A stretch of 62,929 bases of DNA, counting the filler, from Alcyonidium flabelliforme (taxonomy: Eukaryota), in the NCBI GenBank assembly GCA_026167845.1. It is 25 parts of 25 records of this genome, joined end to end, with 100 filler letters (N's around TTAATTAATTAA, not from the genome) between each part and the next. Parts side by side here need not be neighbours in the genome. Positions count along the whole stretch, not along the records: positions 11,262 to 13,900 come from JAOQFJ010000032.1; positions 14,001 to 16,594 come from JAOQFJ010000033.1; positions 16,695 to 19,241 come from JAOQFJ010000034.1; positions 19,342 to 21,870 come from JAOQFJ010000035.1; positions 21,971 to 24,452 come from JAOQFJ010000036.1; 20 more parts are not named here. One strand, given 5' to 3'. The notes below the pieces were generated by a model. The model saw only the letters and a list, made by a program, of their open reading frames with translations, did not search any database and was not told where the DNA came from. Positions 11,162-24,552 of the stretch are shown here, piece by piece. The translations under genes and the position numbers were made by a program. The first letter of the stretch is position 1; every line of letters begins with the position of its first letter.

Positions 11162-12139
11162 NNNNNNNNNNNNNNNNNNNNNNNNNNNNNNNNNNNNNNN
11201 NNNNNTTAATTAATTAANNNNNNNNNNNNNNNNNNNNNNNNNNNNNNNNNNNNNNNNNNNNCTTTTCATTTTCTAGAGAACAAAAGCGAAGAATTGACAA
11301 TGAATTTCGCTAATAATTGCTCATGAAAATTCTGAATAAAGGTATTCCCCGGTGATAACACCGAGTATTACAATCTAGTGTAGTATCATATGTAAGGAAC
11401 TTGTTTACCGTTTGCAGGATCCCTGAACACGCTTTTTTCTCTACAGAAATATATTGTCTGGAAGGAATCATTTCAGAAATGATTTAGTAACAAACTATGA
11501 GCTGTCGATAAGACAACGATCATACAAATTTTCTTGAGATTTATATTTCTTTGATACATCCATTATTTCCAAAGCAGTATTGTTTGCGCGCCTTTGCGCT
11601 TCCCTCGCGCATCAAATTATGATACTGCGTTATCCGTTCAATTTCGCGCCATTTTCACAATTTGCAGAGACATTGTTATGGTTTGCAAGTCATGTACGTT
11701 TCTTAATGCAATAAACTGTGGGGCTTACTCGTGATGTTGCTCTGTTATAACCTGGCAATTACAATAATTTACAACTGTCGGGACAAAAATGGAACGTTGA
11801 TCTTTAATTATCTTAACACTGTTCATTAAATACCCCATGAAAACATATACTGTAGTTGAGTAAGACAATTAACGTATGCTTTAGGCTATTAAACTTTTAA
11901 ACATATTTATCAACTGGTTTATTGTTAAAACGACGTCGTAAAAACTGCAACCAAAATAAATTTGAAAACTGAAGATGAAAGAGAATACAATTTTGCAAAA
12001 AATATTAAACCGGCGAAATGCAGTATGCATATACAGAGTTATATAGTTGGGCGATAATGTGTTCCGAAAAAAGATTTGAAATAAACCATAAATGGTGAAA
12101 GAAAATATAATTTTTCTGTCGAATGCCATAATGTAATTA

Positions 12140-13860
12140 AATGTAGTAAAATGACTTCAGTGAGACAACATTTATGTGCGCAACGCGATTTTTAGAGATC
12201 AAAACCTGTATATTTGTCTCCTAAAGACAGTGATGACGTCATAATAAATCTGCTCGAGGCGGCGTTGAGACGATTGCAGAATTTTTTGGAACCAACATTT
12301 TTGGAATCAGCACATACTACAGAATATATATTTGCAAAAATATTGAAGTCTTCACAAAACGGCTTTTGGGAAATTCGAGTTCTATAGAGGGCAATAATTG
12401 CAATAAAAAAATATTGAAAAAGTGATCTTACAAAAAGACAAAAATAAATATTTAAAACATTTTAATTTCATTCTAATGTTATTTTCTTAGTTTATACAAA
12501 AATTAAGGATCTTCGTTGAATCAATATTTTTTTGCAAAACGCTCATTTCAAAATAGTGCAGCAACTGTTATTCACGTAAAATTTTGAAAAAATGATGATG
12601 ACGTCATAAAAAATCTGCTCGAGTCGGCGTTGTGACGATTCTAGAATTCTTTGGAACCAAGATTTTCGGAATCCAGATACACAGCAGAATGCATTTTTGC
12701 AAAAATGTTAACAATTTCACAAAATAGCTTTTGGGAAATGCGAGTTCCATAGAGGGCAAAAACCAAAAAATCAAAAAGTGATCTTACAGAAAACAAAAAC
12801 AAAATATTCAAAAAATGTTTATTTTCGTCTCATATTGCTTTTTTTATTTCGAATGAAAGTAAATTATCTTCAGCATATCAATATTCATTTGAAAAACGCT
12901 TCTTTCAAAATAATGCAGCGACTGCAAACCCCATAAAATTTTGGCCAAAATAGTGATGACGTCATAATACATTTGAGAGAGCGGCGTCTAATAAATACCA
13001 GCAAAATTTTTACTTGAATTTTTTGGAATAGCCATATGTGGAAGAATACATTTTCATCAAAGCATCGAACTGTTCACAAAATATCGGGTGAAAATACCGA
13101 ATTCTTTAAATGGGTCGTAAAAATACACCCAAAAAATGACCGTTTTAGTCACCTAAAACCTACAAAAATATGAGTTTCGTTTCAAAATCAGATTTTTTTT
13201 ACGACTAGATGTATAACATCTACATTAAGTCAAAAAGTCTTTGCACTTAACAATGTAAGGTAATACTGCATCCAAAAAGGATCGTGTACAGATTAGCTCT
13301 TAAATACTGATGACGTCACATCAAACTTGTATAATTGGCGTCTTTACGGCGTCGGAAAATTTTCAACTAGAGCTTTTTGAAATTTGCATATGAGAAGTAG
13401 CACATTTCTACCAAAAAAATTTTAAAAAATATGAAACGCGGTTTCTTTATAACGACTTTTGTTCATGCCTAGTAACAAAAATTCGTAAAAACTAGACTTC
13501 AAATCCCCCGCAAAACGTTAAAAACTTGTTATTTCCCACTATTTTGTTTTTATCAGATCAAATGGTATTCACGCATCCCAAAAAGTATGTGTTTGTGAGC
13601 GCAACAATATCTTTAGGACAACTGCATCCATCAAAACCCCTATAAAGATGTCTCAAATGATGATAATGACGTCATAATAAAACAGGACGTCATGGCGTTT
13701 TAAAATTATCGGAACGCTTTTTATACGTTTTTTTGTGGTTCAGCGTATGTTACACTGTATGTTTCCGCAAAAAAAGTAGCGTGTTCACGAAATTGCAAAC
13801 GGAAGCCTTATTTTTTACATATGACACTGCACTACAAAGTTCAATTGTTTCACTAAAGTA
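12140..13860. repeat. Degenerate tandem array of about 354-365 bp units (about 5 copies), eukaryotic
   Basis: TGACGTCA anchors at 12234, 12599, 12957, 13311 and 13667 with shared downstream blocks. Confidence 0.75.
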
Positions 13861-14000
13861 TGAAAAGTTCCCCGCTTGTTCTTCGAAATGAAGTTTATTT
13901 NNNNNNNNNNNNNNNNNNNNNNNNNNNNNNNNNNNNNNNNNNNNTTAATTAATTAANNNNNNNNNNNNNNNNNNNNNNNNNNNNNNNNNNNNNNNNNNNN

Positions 14001-16594
14001 AAAGAGAGGTTCTCCTATAGCTATCTCTATAGATCTTGCTCACCGATATATATATTATACTAGCGAAGACTATATAAAAAAGATCGAAATTTATATAGAT
14101 AGGATTATATTAAAACTACGAACTAGCGTTACTTTCCTATATATTTCTTATATTAAGAGAAAAAGTTATTTTTTACCCTTTAATAAAGTTAGATCTATCC
14201 GGTCTAAACCTAGTGAATTTATTTATCTTAACGTCTAGAGACCGATTTTAATTATATCTTATAGTAGAGAACACTATTTTATTACCTTCACTAACGATAC
14301 TACCCGGTTTACCTAGCTCTTCTTACTAAAATCTAGAGCTAAAGTTATAGAGAAATTTATATAGCTAGAAGGCTATTTAAAGACTTAATTCTCTTTTACT
14401 ATAAAGAAGGTGTGTAGTGATAATACTCCTAAGTATAAACCCCTTACTACCTATCTCTCTTCCTATAGTGTTATATAGGACCCTACCCCCCTATATATAA
14501 AGTAGCTAAACGGTGTCGCCGAGATTAAAAATTGTCACCTTATAGAACCGCTTATTACTATTATAACCGAGTACTAGCTTCTAAAATACCTCTAGGGTTA
14601 TCTTCTTAGTGGTATAAACTATACTATAAATAGACTATATACCTCACGTATTAGTATATCCCTATACGAAGCTCTCTATAGGAAGAAACCAGATCTATCT
14701 AACCTCCGCGCCCTTAGGTACTAATGCTAGTTCTTAATTCCTAAAGAGAAACGGGCTATAAAGCTAGATCTGTATATAGAAGAAGCTCGGTTTATCGCTT
14801 ATAATAAAGGAGATAACTACGTGTTATATAATGTTCGCACTAAGAAGATCATTTGTTCTCGAAATATCATTTTTAATAAGAATCTAACACTAAAGGACCT
14901 TCCTAATCCTACCTATGATCTTAACATTACTAGCTAAGGTGGTGAAACATAGTCTCTAGTATAGAGAGTTTAATCTCTCTCTAACTATTATATCCTAATT
15001 GATTTTCTTAATAAATATAACTACTATAGTGATCCGTTTCTACGTGATAAAGACCCTATTCGTACTAAAATTTAGGCGATTCCTCGACGTTTCGAATCCC
15101 CTCCTCCCCCTACTATCGAAGATATAGACGATGTAGATCTCTTTAGACCAGCGAGTCCACCCCTCGATCTATCTGATCCAGCCGTACTTCGTGGGATCCC
15201 GATTTCCGAAATGGAAGACCGACTTCTAAATCCAGATACCTTCGAGATCGACGACGATCAGGTTAAAATGGCGGGTAGTATTGGTTCGAGAGTGGAGGCA
15301 TAAAGTGGTCAGGAGACTAGTTATACTAGTCAGGATACTATACAGATCTCTTCTCGGTAGGACTATTCCTTTATAGACTAGATTCCTAATAACACTAGTG
15401 ATATAATATATAGACCTTCTTTAACTATCTCTATTAATATATCTATAGACCTAAGACGTTTAACTAGACTAAAGAAGCCCTCCTAGGCCTATCTTAATAG
15501 TCTCGCTTCTAGGACTTTCTTTAATACTAATATATTATAATTTCTTACTAGTTCCCCGGATATCTTAATAAAGCTTTTTACCGCTATTACTTCTAAAGAG
15601 TAGTACGCACCTTCTAAATTGAAACTATAGGATATTAGTTTTAAACCTAATAGATAGAAAGAAGTAATAATATACGCGGAAAAAGATAAATAGCTAGTAG
15701 CTATATATAAAGAGCTCTCCCGCTATAATAAAAATAGAACTTAGAGAGTTATTTCTCGGTTAAATTCTAAGGGCCGTAAACCTCTTACACTTCGCTAGGT
15801 CTTTAAAATTAAATATAATAGGACGTATAAAGCTCGCTTAGTAGCTTATAGTTTCCGGTAGGTAAAGGACCTAGACTTTTATAAGGTTTATACTATTATA
15901 GCTAAACTAATATTTTTTTAGATTTTTACTACTATTACTATAGCTAAGCGCTAGTTTTTATATTATATAGATATTATAACTACGTTTCTTTATATAGAGC
16001 TAAAAGAACCTATTAAAATTAAACTCCCTAAAGGTATATAAGATAACTATCCTACTAATTAATTTATTAGATTACTTTAAAAACTATTTATAGACTAAAA
16101 TAGAGTCCTTATAAGTGGTATTAGCTACTTTATAACGTTCTAATTTCTATAGGATTCTACCGTATATAAGTAGACTATTCAATTTTTATAAAGGACGGTC
16201 TCTATATTATAGTGTACGTTAATAACCTACTAGTCCTATCTCTATCCGGAGATATAATTAAGCATTTTAAAACTACTATTTCTAGGCATTTTAATATCTC
16301 TAATAAAGGGATCCTAGAAAGATATCTAGCTATTAACGTATACTATAGAGAAAGTAGTAGAATTTATCTCTCTTAGTCTAACTATATTAATTAGATTCTT
16401 ACCCGCTTTAGTCTTAAGAAATATAATACTATCGCTACCCTAATAGATAAGAGAGCGGTTTTAACCCCTTTCGATAGTACCGCTATAAAGATATAGATAA
16501 AGGAATATTAGATAAAAATCGGCACTTTAATCTAGTTAATAGTATTAACTAGGCTAGATATCTTATTTATAATAATTAAGCTTACTAGATATAT
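14001..16594 (+). mobile_element. RIP-degraded fungal Ty1/copia retrotransposon pol (integrase to RT)
   Basis: NGVAE integrase motif, YKARLVA, and YVNN in place of YVDD at 16215-16226; many TAG/TAA stops and strong TpA excess. Confidence 0.88.
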
Positions 16595-16694
16595 NNNNNN
16601 NNNNNNNNNNNNNNNNNNNNNNNNNNNNNNNNNNNNNNTTAATTAATTAANNNNNNNNNNNNNNNNNNNNNNNNNNNNNNNNNNNNNNNNNNNN

Positions 16695-19241
16695 CGGCAA
16701 CCCTGTCGTGGTTACTCAAGCCACTGATGTTACCGTCACCTTTAACAATATCAGCACCCAAGACGCCGACACCGACTATAACAATGCCCAAACCATCACG
16801 GTCACCATACCCGCGGGCCAATCGAGTGCCGCGCTTAACGTTGACACCATAGATGACTATCTTGCCGACGATGGCGAAAACTACAGCCTCACCATCACCA
16901 GTGTTGGTGCCAACGAATTTGAAGCCGTCGACTTTAGTGACGAGGCGACCAACACCGTCACCACCACCATCGACAGCAACAATGCAGGCGACAGCGCGAA
17001 TGAGGGTGGACTTGATAGCAATGATGTTGTGTATATCAAACTAACTGGCGATGATAGCCAAATAGAAGCAGACAATGCTGCGCTGACCCATACCTTATCA
17101 CTTGTGGATGCTGACGGTCAGCCTGTCACCTTACTTGAAGGACAATCCATAGAGGTCACCTTAAGCTACACTCGAGATGGCACCGATGCTGATGACTTTA
17201 GCAGTGTTAAACAAACCACAGTGACCATCATCGGTAATGCAGCAGGTATTTCAAGCACCGACATCATCAACCGCATCCAAGATGACCTAATTAGTGAAGG
17301 GGATGAGTCTTATACCCTCACCATCACCAATGTGGTGGATACTAATGGCAGCTTTGAGAAACTCAGTATCGATAATCAGAACAGCGTCACCGGCGAGATC
17401 ACAGACGAAGCAGCGGGTAATGCAGACGTCACCACCATCAGCCTCACGGGTGATGAGAGCGTTGAAGAGGGCACTGCCGCCACCTACACGGTGAACATAG
17501 ACAATGCCCCAGTGACTGATGTCACCGTTGACATCACTTACACCTACACCAACAGTCAGACCGGTGACATCGAAACCAACACCCAAACCGTCACCATCTT
17601 AGCTGGGACCACTGAAGCAAGCTTCACCGTTAATACTATTGACGACTTACTTGCTGAAACTGACGAGAACTTCACCGTCACCATCAGTAACCCGCAAGGC
17701 GGTGGCCTTGAGTCCATCGTCATTGATGACGCTGCTGCCAGTGTCGTCACTGGCATTACTGATGGTACGCCTACTGCTGAAGACACGGTTTATGCCCGTA
17801 TTGTTGAAGATGACAGCACGGCTGAAGGCGGTACGCTGACGCACCGAGTGGAACTGGTCGACGTTGACGGTAACCTGATTGAAGTTGTAGAGGGTGAAGC
17901 CATTACCGTCACCTTAGCCTACAATAATGAAGGTATCACTGCCAACCCGGATGGCAGTGCCGACTACACCCCAACCACCAGTGTTACTATACCCGCCGGA
18001 CAATCAAGCGTTCTTATCAACAACCCAACGCTCGATGACCGCTTTAGTGAAGCGCCTGAGTCTTACACGCTTAGCATTACCGATGTCAGCCAAAGTAATG
18101 ACAGCTATGAAGCTGTTGCTATTACTAGCGACGTAGAAGATCAAAGTGTCATCGGCACCATTACCAGTAACACTGATACCAATAACGAGACTGAAGGTGG
18201 CTACAATAGCAACGACACCGTCCTCGTTCAGATCACAGGCAACGACAGTGCGATTGAAGGTGATGGCGACAGTCTTACCCACACCATCACACTCGTCGAC
18301 AATGCTGGTAACCCCGTTGAACTCTATGAAGGTCAATCCATAGAAGTCACCTTAAGCTATACCAATGATGACACGGTAGATGCTGACTATGAAGGCGAGC
18401 GCATTGCTGAGACTATTACCATTTCCGGCACAGCAGCAGGCGTCAGTACAATTGATATCAGCCAAGCAGTGGCAGACGACATCCTAGGCGAAGGTCAAGA
18501 GACTTACACCTTAAGCATTGCTAGCGTGAGTGACACAGGATCAGTGCATCTTGAAAACCTAGCGATTGATACGGACAACCAAAGCGTTACCGGCGAGATC
18601 ACAGACGAAGCAGCGGGTAATGCAGACGTCACCACCATCAGCCTCACGGGTGATGAGAGCGTTGAAGAGGGCACTGCCGCCACCTACACGGTGAACATAG
18701 ACAATGCCCCAGTGACTGATGTCACCGTTGACATCACTTACACCTACACCAACAGTCAGACCGGTGACATCGAAACCAACACCCAAACCGTCACCATCTT
18801 AGCTGGGACCACTGAAGCAAGCTTCACCGTTAATACTATTGACGACTTACTTGCTGAAACTGACGAGAACTTCACCGTCACCATCAGTAACCCGCAAGGC
18901 GGTGGCCTTGAGTCCATCGTCATTGATGACGCTGCTGCCAGTGTCGTCACTGGCATTACTGATGGTACGCCTACTGCTGAAGACACGGTTTATGCCGTCA
19001 TTACTGGCGATGAGACAGTGATCGAAGGTGATACTGCAGACTATAGTGTCAGCTTACAAGACAATGACGGCAACCCTGTCGTGGTTACTCAAGCCACTGA
19101 TGTTACCGTCACCTTTAACAATATCAGCACCCAAGACGCCGACACCGACTATAACAATGCCCAAACCATCACGGTCACCATACCCGCGGGCCAATCGAGT
19201 GCCGCGCTTAACGTTGACACCATAGATGACTATCTTGCCGA
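16695..19241 (+). CDS. Giant repetitive surface adhesin (Calx-beta/Ig-like repeats), internal fragment
   Basis: Open throughout; D/T/E-rich repeats such as TVTIPAG..S...VDTIDD..AE..ENF. Confidence 0.88.
17389..18996 (+). repeat. Identical 408-bp direct repeats (17389-17796 and 18589-18996)
   Basis: Direct comparison; offset is exactly 1200 bp. Confidence 0.9.
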
Positions 19242-19341
19242 NNNNNNNNNNNNNNNNNNNNNNNNNNNNNNNNNNNNNNNNNNNNTTAATTAATTAANNN
19301 NNNNNNNNNNNNNNNNNNNNNNNNNNNNNNNNNNNNNNNNN

Positions 19342-19401
19342 GGTATCGTCAATAGCAAGGTTGCTTAAAGGCGCGCGTTGTCCGACGGCGAGATGGTTCA
19401 T
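19342..19401 (-). CDS. 5' end of a gene (MNHLAVGQRAPLSNL), possibly TerD-like; truncated
   Basis: ATG with AGGA RBS at the contig edge; the family guess is weak. Confidence 0.4.
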
Positions 19402-19741
19402 GGTGTTCCTTACTTTAGAGTAGAACCCTTTATAGAAAATACAACATAATTTTTAATATAGAAAAATTGCTGACAACTAGATTATTAGCAATTTTCTATT
19501 AGGTCTCTTGCAAAAGCACCAGTTCATTAACTTCCACTGACGGAGTTACGAGGGCTAGCAATGATAGTCAATCCCATATAAAAGAGCAACAGCGTTAACA
19601 TAGCTTGAAGCATCACATATACATTTGCACTCGGTTACCTGTGTCTCTTTTAAGCTGACTCAACTATATTCTATATGAACTAAATTTTAGACAATAATGA
19701 ATTACGTATACATCTTTAGTATAGATTTTAATTACTAATAC

Positions 19742-20602
19742 TTATAATTTCATCATTCCTAAAGAGTTCAATTTTTTATACAATTCAAAAGACTTAAAAT
19801 TATTAATAGAAAAAGAAACCCTTAAACTACTCTCTAACTTATCAGCACTCTGGTTTTTTCCTTCAAAATATTTTGATTCCTTTAGAAATATAGCTAATAA
19901 TTTAGTGAAATCATGTCCACAACATATCTGCTCTAACTGGAAAGAGTCATCTTCCAATTCCATTAATTTTCCTTTTAACACATCTATACTTACCTTTCTA
20001 TTTTCTGATCGCTGGATTAGTTTATTTAGAAAAAAATCTAAATTCAGAATCAAACTATCATCTTTAAATTCAATACAATCATCATAGCTTATATTTTTAA
20101 ATTTTAGATCGTATTCATTTATATAATTTAAATATCTAATATTACCTAATTTTTTACAAACCTCAAAAACCTTTGACTTCAATTTATTAGCATCCATTGA
20201 ATGACTTTCAACTGAATAATCCCTGTATTCATTAAACAACCTATCAAAAGACTCTGATAACACCATTATAATTTCCATGTCATGAAAGTCTGTGATGTAG
20301 ATCTTATTTCTTTCTCTTTCATCTTTTCTATCGAAAATATGATCAAAATCAGCGTCTACTACAGCGTGGATTAAATGCTTTTTATCCACTGGAAAGCCGT
20401 TCATTACCTTTAGGACATTGTCTTTACCTGTCACAGCTCTAACCTTAACCTGTTCTTCATTGATAAAGTTCTTAAATAGCTTAATATCTGTCTTACCTTC
20501 AATTATTAAATTTTTTCTTTTCCCATCTGGATGATTGAAGCTCATTAGGATAGAATTTATAATATTTACAGGCTTATTCGACGCTTCTTGAAGTGAATTC
20601 AT
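19742..20602 (-). CDS. DUF4435/TOPRIM-like protein (AriB-like effector)
   Basis: IIEGKTD, VDADFD, TDFHDME and CGHD motifs; lies 10 nt downstream of the ATPase. Confidence 0.75.
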   Translation of the reverse strand: MNSLQEASNKPVNIINSILMSFNHPDGKRKNLIIEGKTDIKLFKNFINEEQVKVRAVTGKDNVLKVMNGFPVDKKHLIHAVVDADFDHIFDRKDERERNKIYITDFHDMEIIMVLSESFDRLFNEYRDYSVESHSMDANKLKSKVFEVCKKLGNIRYLNYINEYDLKFKNISYDDCIEFKDDSLILNLDFFLNKLIQRSENRKVSIDVLKGKLMELEDDSFQLEQICCGHDFTKLLAIFLKESKYFEGKNQSADKLESSLRVSFSINNFKSFELYKKLNSLGMMKL

Positions 20603-20612
20603 TTTTTATATC

Positions 20613-21870
20613 CTAAACACTAAGCTTTCTAATTTCTTCTAAATCTATAACCAGATCCCAATAATCGCCAATAATTTGCGGTGAATGTGTAGCAATTATT
20701 GCTTTAGCTTTATTCATCTCAGTAATCATTTTTAAGTCATCAAGAAATTGTTCTTGCCATACAACGTGCAAGGAAATCTCAGGTTCATCTATTAAAACGA
20801 TACTATGTTCTTTCGTGTTAAAAATAAGTTCGTAGATAAGTACAACCTGATGCTGCTCTCCTGAAGAAAGCTGAGAAAGACTCAAAATATGTTCTTTTTC
20901 ATCATCAGTATCACTTTCAATTTGTCGAACGAAATAAAAACCTTTTTCTGAATCGATCTTAATCTTCTTGAAAGACAACTTAGTATTTAAAATATTTGAA
21001 AACAAATTTATTTTTTTATAAATATCATCAAACTTTTGCAGCTTAATCTTTGTGTCATTTAAATATAAATTAAGAACAGAAACGTAAATATCATCGATAT
21101 TATTAGCCGTAATCAGGTTATCTACACTAGTGTTTTTTGGAAGAATATCAAATTTCTTTAAATTTTCACGATTTTTTTGGATATTATTAAGCTCATTAAC
21201 AATTTCCTCTTTAGTAATATCTTGATTATTATTATTTTTAGATAACAATCTCTGAGGAAAAGAAGAGTCTAGATCCTGAGACACTACTGAGAAATCCAAG
21301 CTTGCTTTAACAAGATTATTTTTCAACTCTTTTGCATATGTATCAATTGCTTGAACGTAAGAATTAAGATTTTTTTGAGAATTGTTATTTATTCGCTTAA
21401 GTAGACGTTGATCCTGAATAAGATAACTAGTATTGTTGGTGGAAAAACTACTTAACCATTCAGGTAATAGGCTTTGTATATGATTTCTAAAATCTAATTC
21501 TTTAAATAACTGTTCAGCTCCTTTCATTTCTCCAGTTTTAATATCATACCACTCATCACGACCTGCTCTACGTAAATTAGACATATCAGACAAACAGTTC
21601 AACAGCTCTTTTTTAAAAATTTTTTCTTTTAATACATACTCCTCCTGATTGAAAATAAATTTTAAACTGATGCTTTTATTAATATTTTCAGAATCATGAA
21701 TATCATCGTAAACCCTATCTCCAATATCATTCTCAAAACTAATGAAATTATTTTTATTAGACCTCGTATTACACTCAATCACTTTATCGCTTAGCTCTTT
21801 TGATATTGTAAGAATTCCAGATTCTGTTACGAATACAATTTTAGAAAAATCCAAACTTAAATAGTATAAA
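20613..21870 (-). CDS. ABC/AAA_15-21 ATPase (AriA-like), 5' truncated
   Basis: LSSGEQ signature, LIDEPEISLH Walker B/D-loop, ATHSP H-loop; Walker A would lie off the contig. Confidence 0.85.
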
Positions 21871-22409
21871 NNNNNNNNNNNNNNNNNNNNNNNNNNNNNN
21901 NNNNNNNNNNNNNNTTAATTAATTAANNNNNNNNNNNNNNNNNNNNNNNNNNNNNNNNNNNNNNNNNNNNGCCGCGCGTCAACCGCTACTGCTACTCAGT
22001 GATGAGACTGAATTACACTTTATGGCCCCTCAAATCCAAACAGAAGCAACGCACTCCTTGTGTTATATAGACCCTAGTTAAGTAGGCGATAAACGAATGC
22101 AAAAATATGCAAATAAATTGACAATACCGATGGGTCATATAAGTAAGAACTGATTATAATACTGTAGCAGGTCGCAAATTGAGTGTAGTCGAGGGGCTAT
22201 CCTGAACCTACTATATTTGTTCGCTTGAAGAGCGTTTGAAACTACCACCGTCTGAACCATACTCCATCTACCAATCTGCCGTACCTAGCTTTTCTTATGC
22301 ACCAATAATATATTGTCCGAACAGCACAGATGGAAAATAGGATCGCGGGTTCCTTCTCAATTTGGTAGGCCTCAAAAAACAGCCGAGCAAAAGCCAATGA
22401 GTTTGTCCT

Positions 22410-23333
22410 TCAGCAACGAGCATAGTAAGATTTGATACCGTGATAGGCAGTCTTGTTGGCTACACTGACCAACAATTTCAACTCTCCCTCGCATGAATCT
22501 CGGGTAAACATCTCATTCTGTCACATTAGCCGAGAACATGATGAGACAGCATGAACTTACCTGCAAGATTTCCTCGACGGAGATACTTTCCAGTTGGCAA
22601 GGTAAGTTCTGAATCTCCGTTTCCCACTCGTATGTACGATTTTTCAACATCAATTTCGTGACAACATCGGCTAGAGCGCATAATTTCGTCGTCGCAGGAT
22701 TCATTTCCGATTCTTTAATTTCGCAGCTATTCTCGACGCCCACTATTGAAAGTCAGTTTTCATCAATTTTCGCAATATCCGCGGATACCTCACTAATCTT
22801 GACATCACCAGACTGCGTAAGCAGGATTGTTTCCGGGCCTAGGGTAGCGAGTGCTCGCCCGAGCCCGCGCAGATATTGGATTCCTTCTAATACCTATCCC
22901 ACGTTAGTTTCGTTTGCACCTGCAGGAGATTCTATTGACTCACCGGTTTGACAATTCCAACAAGTTCATCGGTGGTGATCGAGCAGCTGGAGGCTAAAAT
23001 GTGGCTGACTGACACTTCCGTTGGTTCCCAAATCAATGTGCATGAAGCATCATGATGGTAACATTCGAGCAATTTTAGGAAGCTTGGATGGGCGACTTGT
23101 TCCATCAGTTCTAGGAAACCTGTGGCGGGAGAGAACTGTTTTTCAAGTTGTTGGATATGCACCAACTTCCCTCTTTCCGACTTATTTCGGGCAAATATCA
23201 GAGACCGATCTTGGGATGATCCAGCGGCAGGTTCAAAAGTATCCCATGGGTTCTGATTCAGTTGTGGGATCCTTGCGTTCGGGCGACCCGGGTGTGGCTC
23301 CATTGAACCAGGTGTGATTACGGCGGTGGCCAT
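22410..23333 (-). CDS. Spliced fungal protein-kinase-like gene with 3 short introns
   Basis: HPSFLKLLECY...LEGIQYL...ILLTQSGDVKI; GT-AG introns with CTAAC/CTGAC/CTAAT branch sites, e.g. 22894-22943. Confidence 0.65.
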
Positions 23334-24552
23334 TTTCTGTATTGTTGGGGGTTGGATATGCGGAGACGCCGTTAAGTTTAGACTCAGCTACTGATTGCAG
23401 AAGGCCGACTCATCAAGCCACACGGTAGAAGGTCGGCTGTGTTTGGTCTTAGCGCGATTCATAATGCTGTGTTGGCTTCCCGGCGTGAAAAATCATAGCG
23501 AGGATGGACAAGGGCCAAAGAAGCATTTATAGCTCCAAGATATTATTCTGACACATGACCTTCGTCTTCGCAATGTCAGTCCATTGGTAACAACATAACG
23601 ACGTTGGATCTTTAAGTGTGGTGGTGAATTGCCGCAATTATAGTAGGTTACGGTGAACCTCTGTTGATCGGGATTTCTATCACCGTCAATTGAAGTGTGG
23701 AAAGTTGAGGTGCGGTTGCTCAGCATCATAAAATAGCCTATAATTTTCAGTCTATTTTAACAGGTCTACTTTCAACATGTTCAGATGCTGTTCCCCTTGA
23801 ATATCCAACATTTTGTTTTCCTTTTTGCCTCAGTCTCGCTGCAGAAAAGGACAACAGGGGGTAAAGTTATTCCTGGACAGAGACAGATATCGTGAGCTAG
23901 CCCTATTCTGCTCCTCCGTGGAGGATGTTGAGCAAATTAAATGGATCGACTTTCATCAATTATTTTGACAACTAGGAGGAGCAGATAGCATAAAGTCAGC
24001 CATCGAGTGGTCGATGACCACACCACATTTCCAGACCCTTCAGCCGGTATGGTAGGTCCGATTCGTGTAGGGGCAGGAATATGAGCTGTTGTGATAGCCT
24101 CCACCGTACCCCCAGTTGGCAGTGTGAATGTTGGAATTATCAAAGCTAAGGGCATGGCGGCGTTGTTCCAGGAGGGCGTTTGGGTTGTCTTCATGCTTTG
24201 AGTGGATGCCATTTCGTCTCCGACACCTGGGCCGACAGTAGGGCGGGTCGTAATTATATCACGTGCAAAACTCTCGGTACTTGAAATTGTCAACCCATAA
24301 ACATAGCAATGTCGGTAATGTTGGTTGATCTACGTACTGGTTTTGTGCGTGAGGCACTGTTTCCGGCGTCACGGTAGTCGTTGGGACTTTGGTAGACATG
24401 TCATTTGGCCCAGGCTAGATTTGATTCCTCTATCGAAAACACCTGTCTCCTANNNNNNNNNNNNNNNNNNNNNNNNNNNNNNNNNNNNNNNNNNNNTTAA
24501 TTAATTAANNNNNNNNNNNNNNNNNNNNNNNNNNNNNNNNNNNNNNNNNNNN

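Noticed and set aside
23493..24293. ORFs of 78 and 118 aa in the fungal contig
   Set aside because: No recognisable domain. The Thr/Pro-rich one could be the end of a cell-wall protein gene, but I cannot support that.
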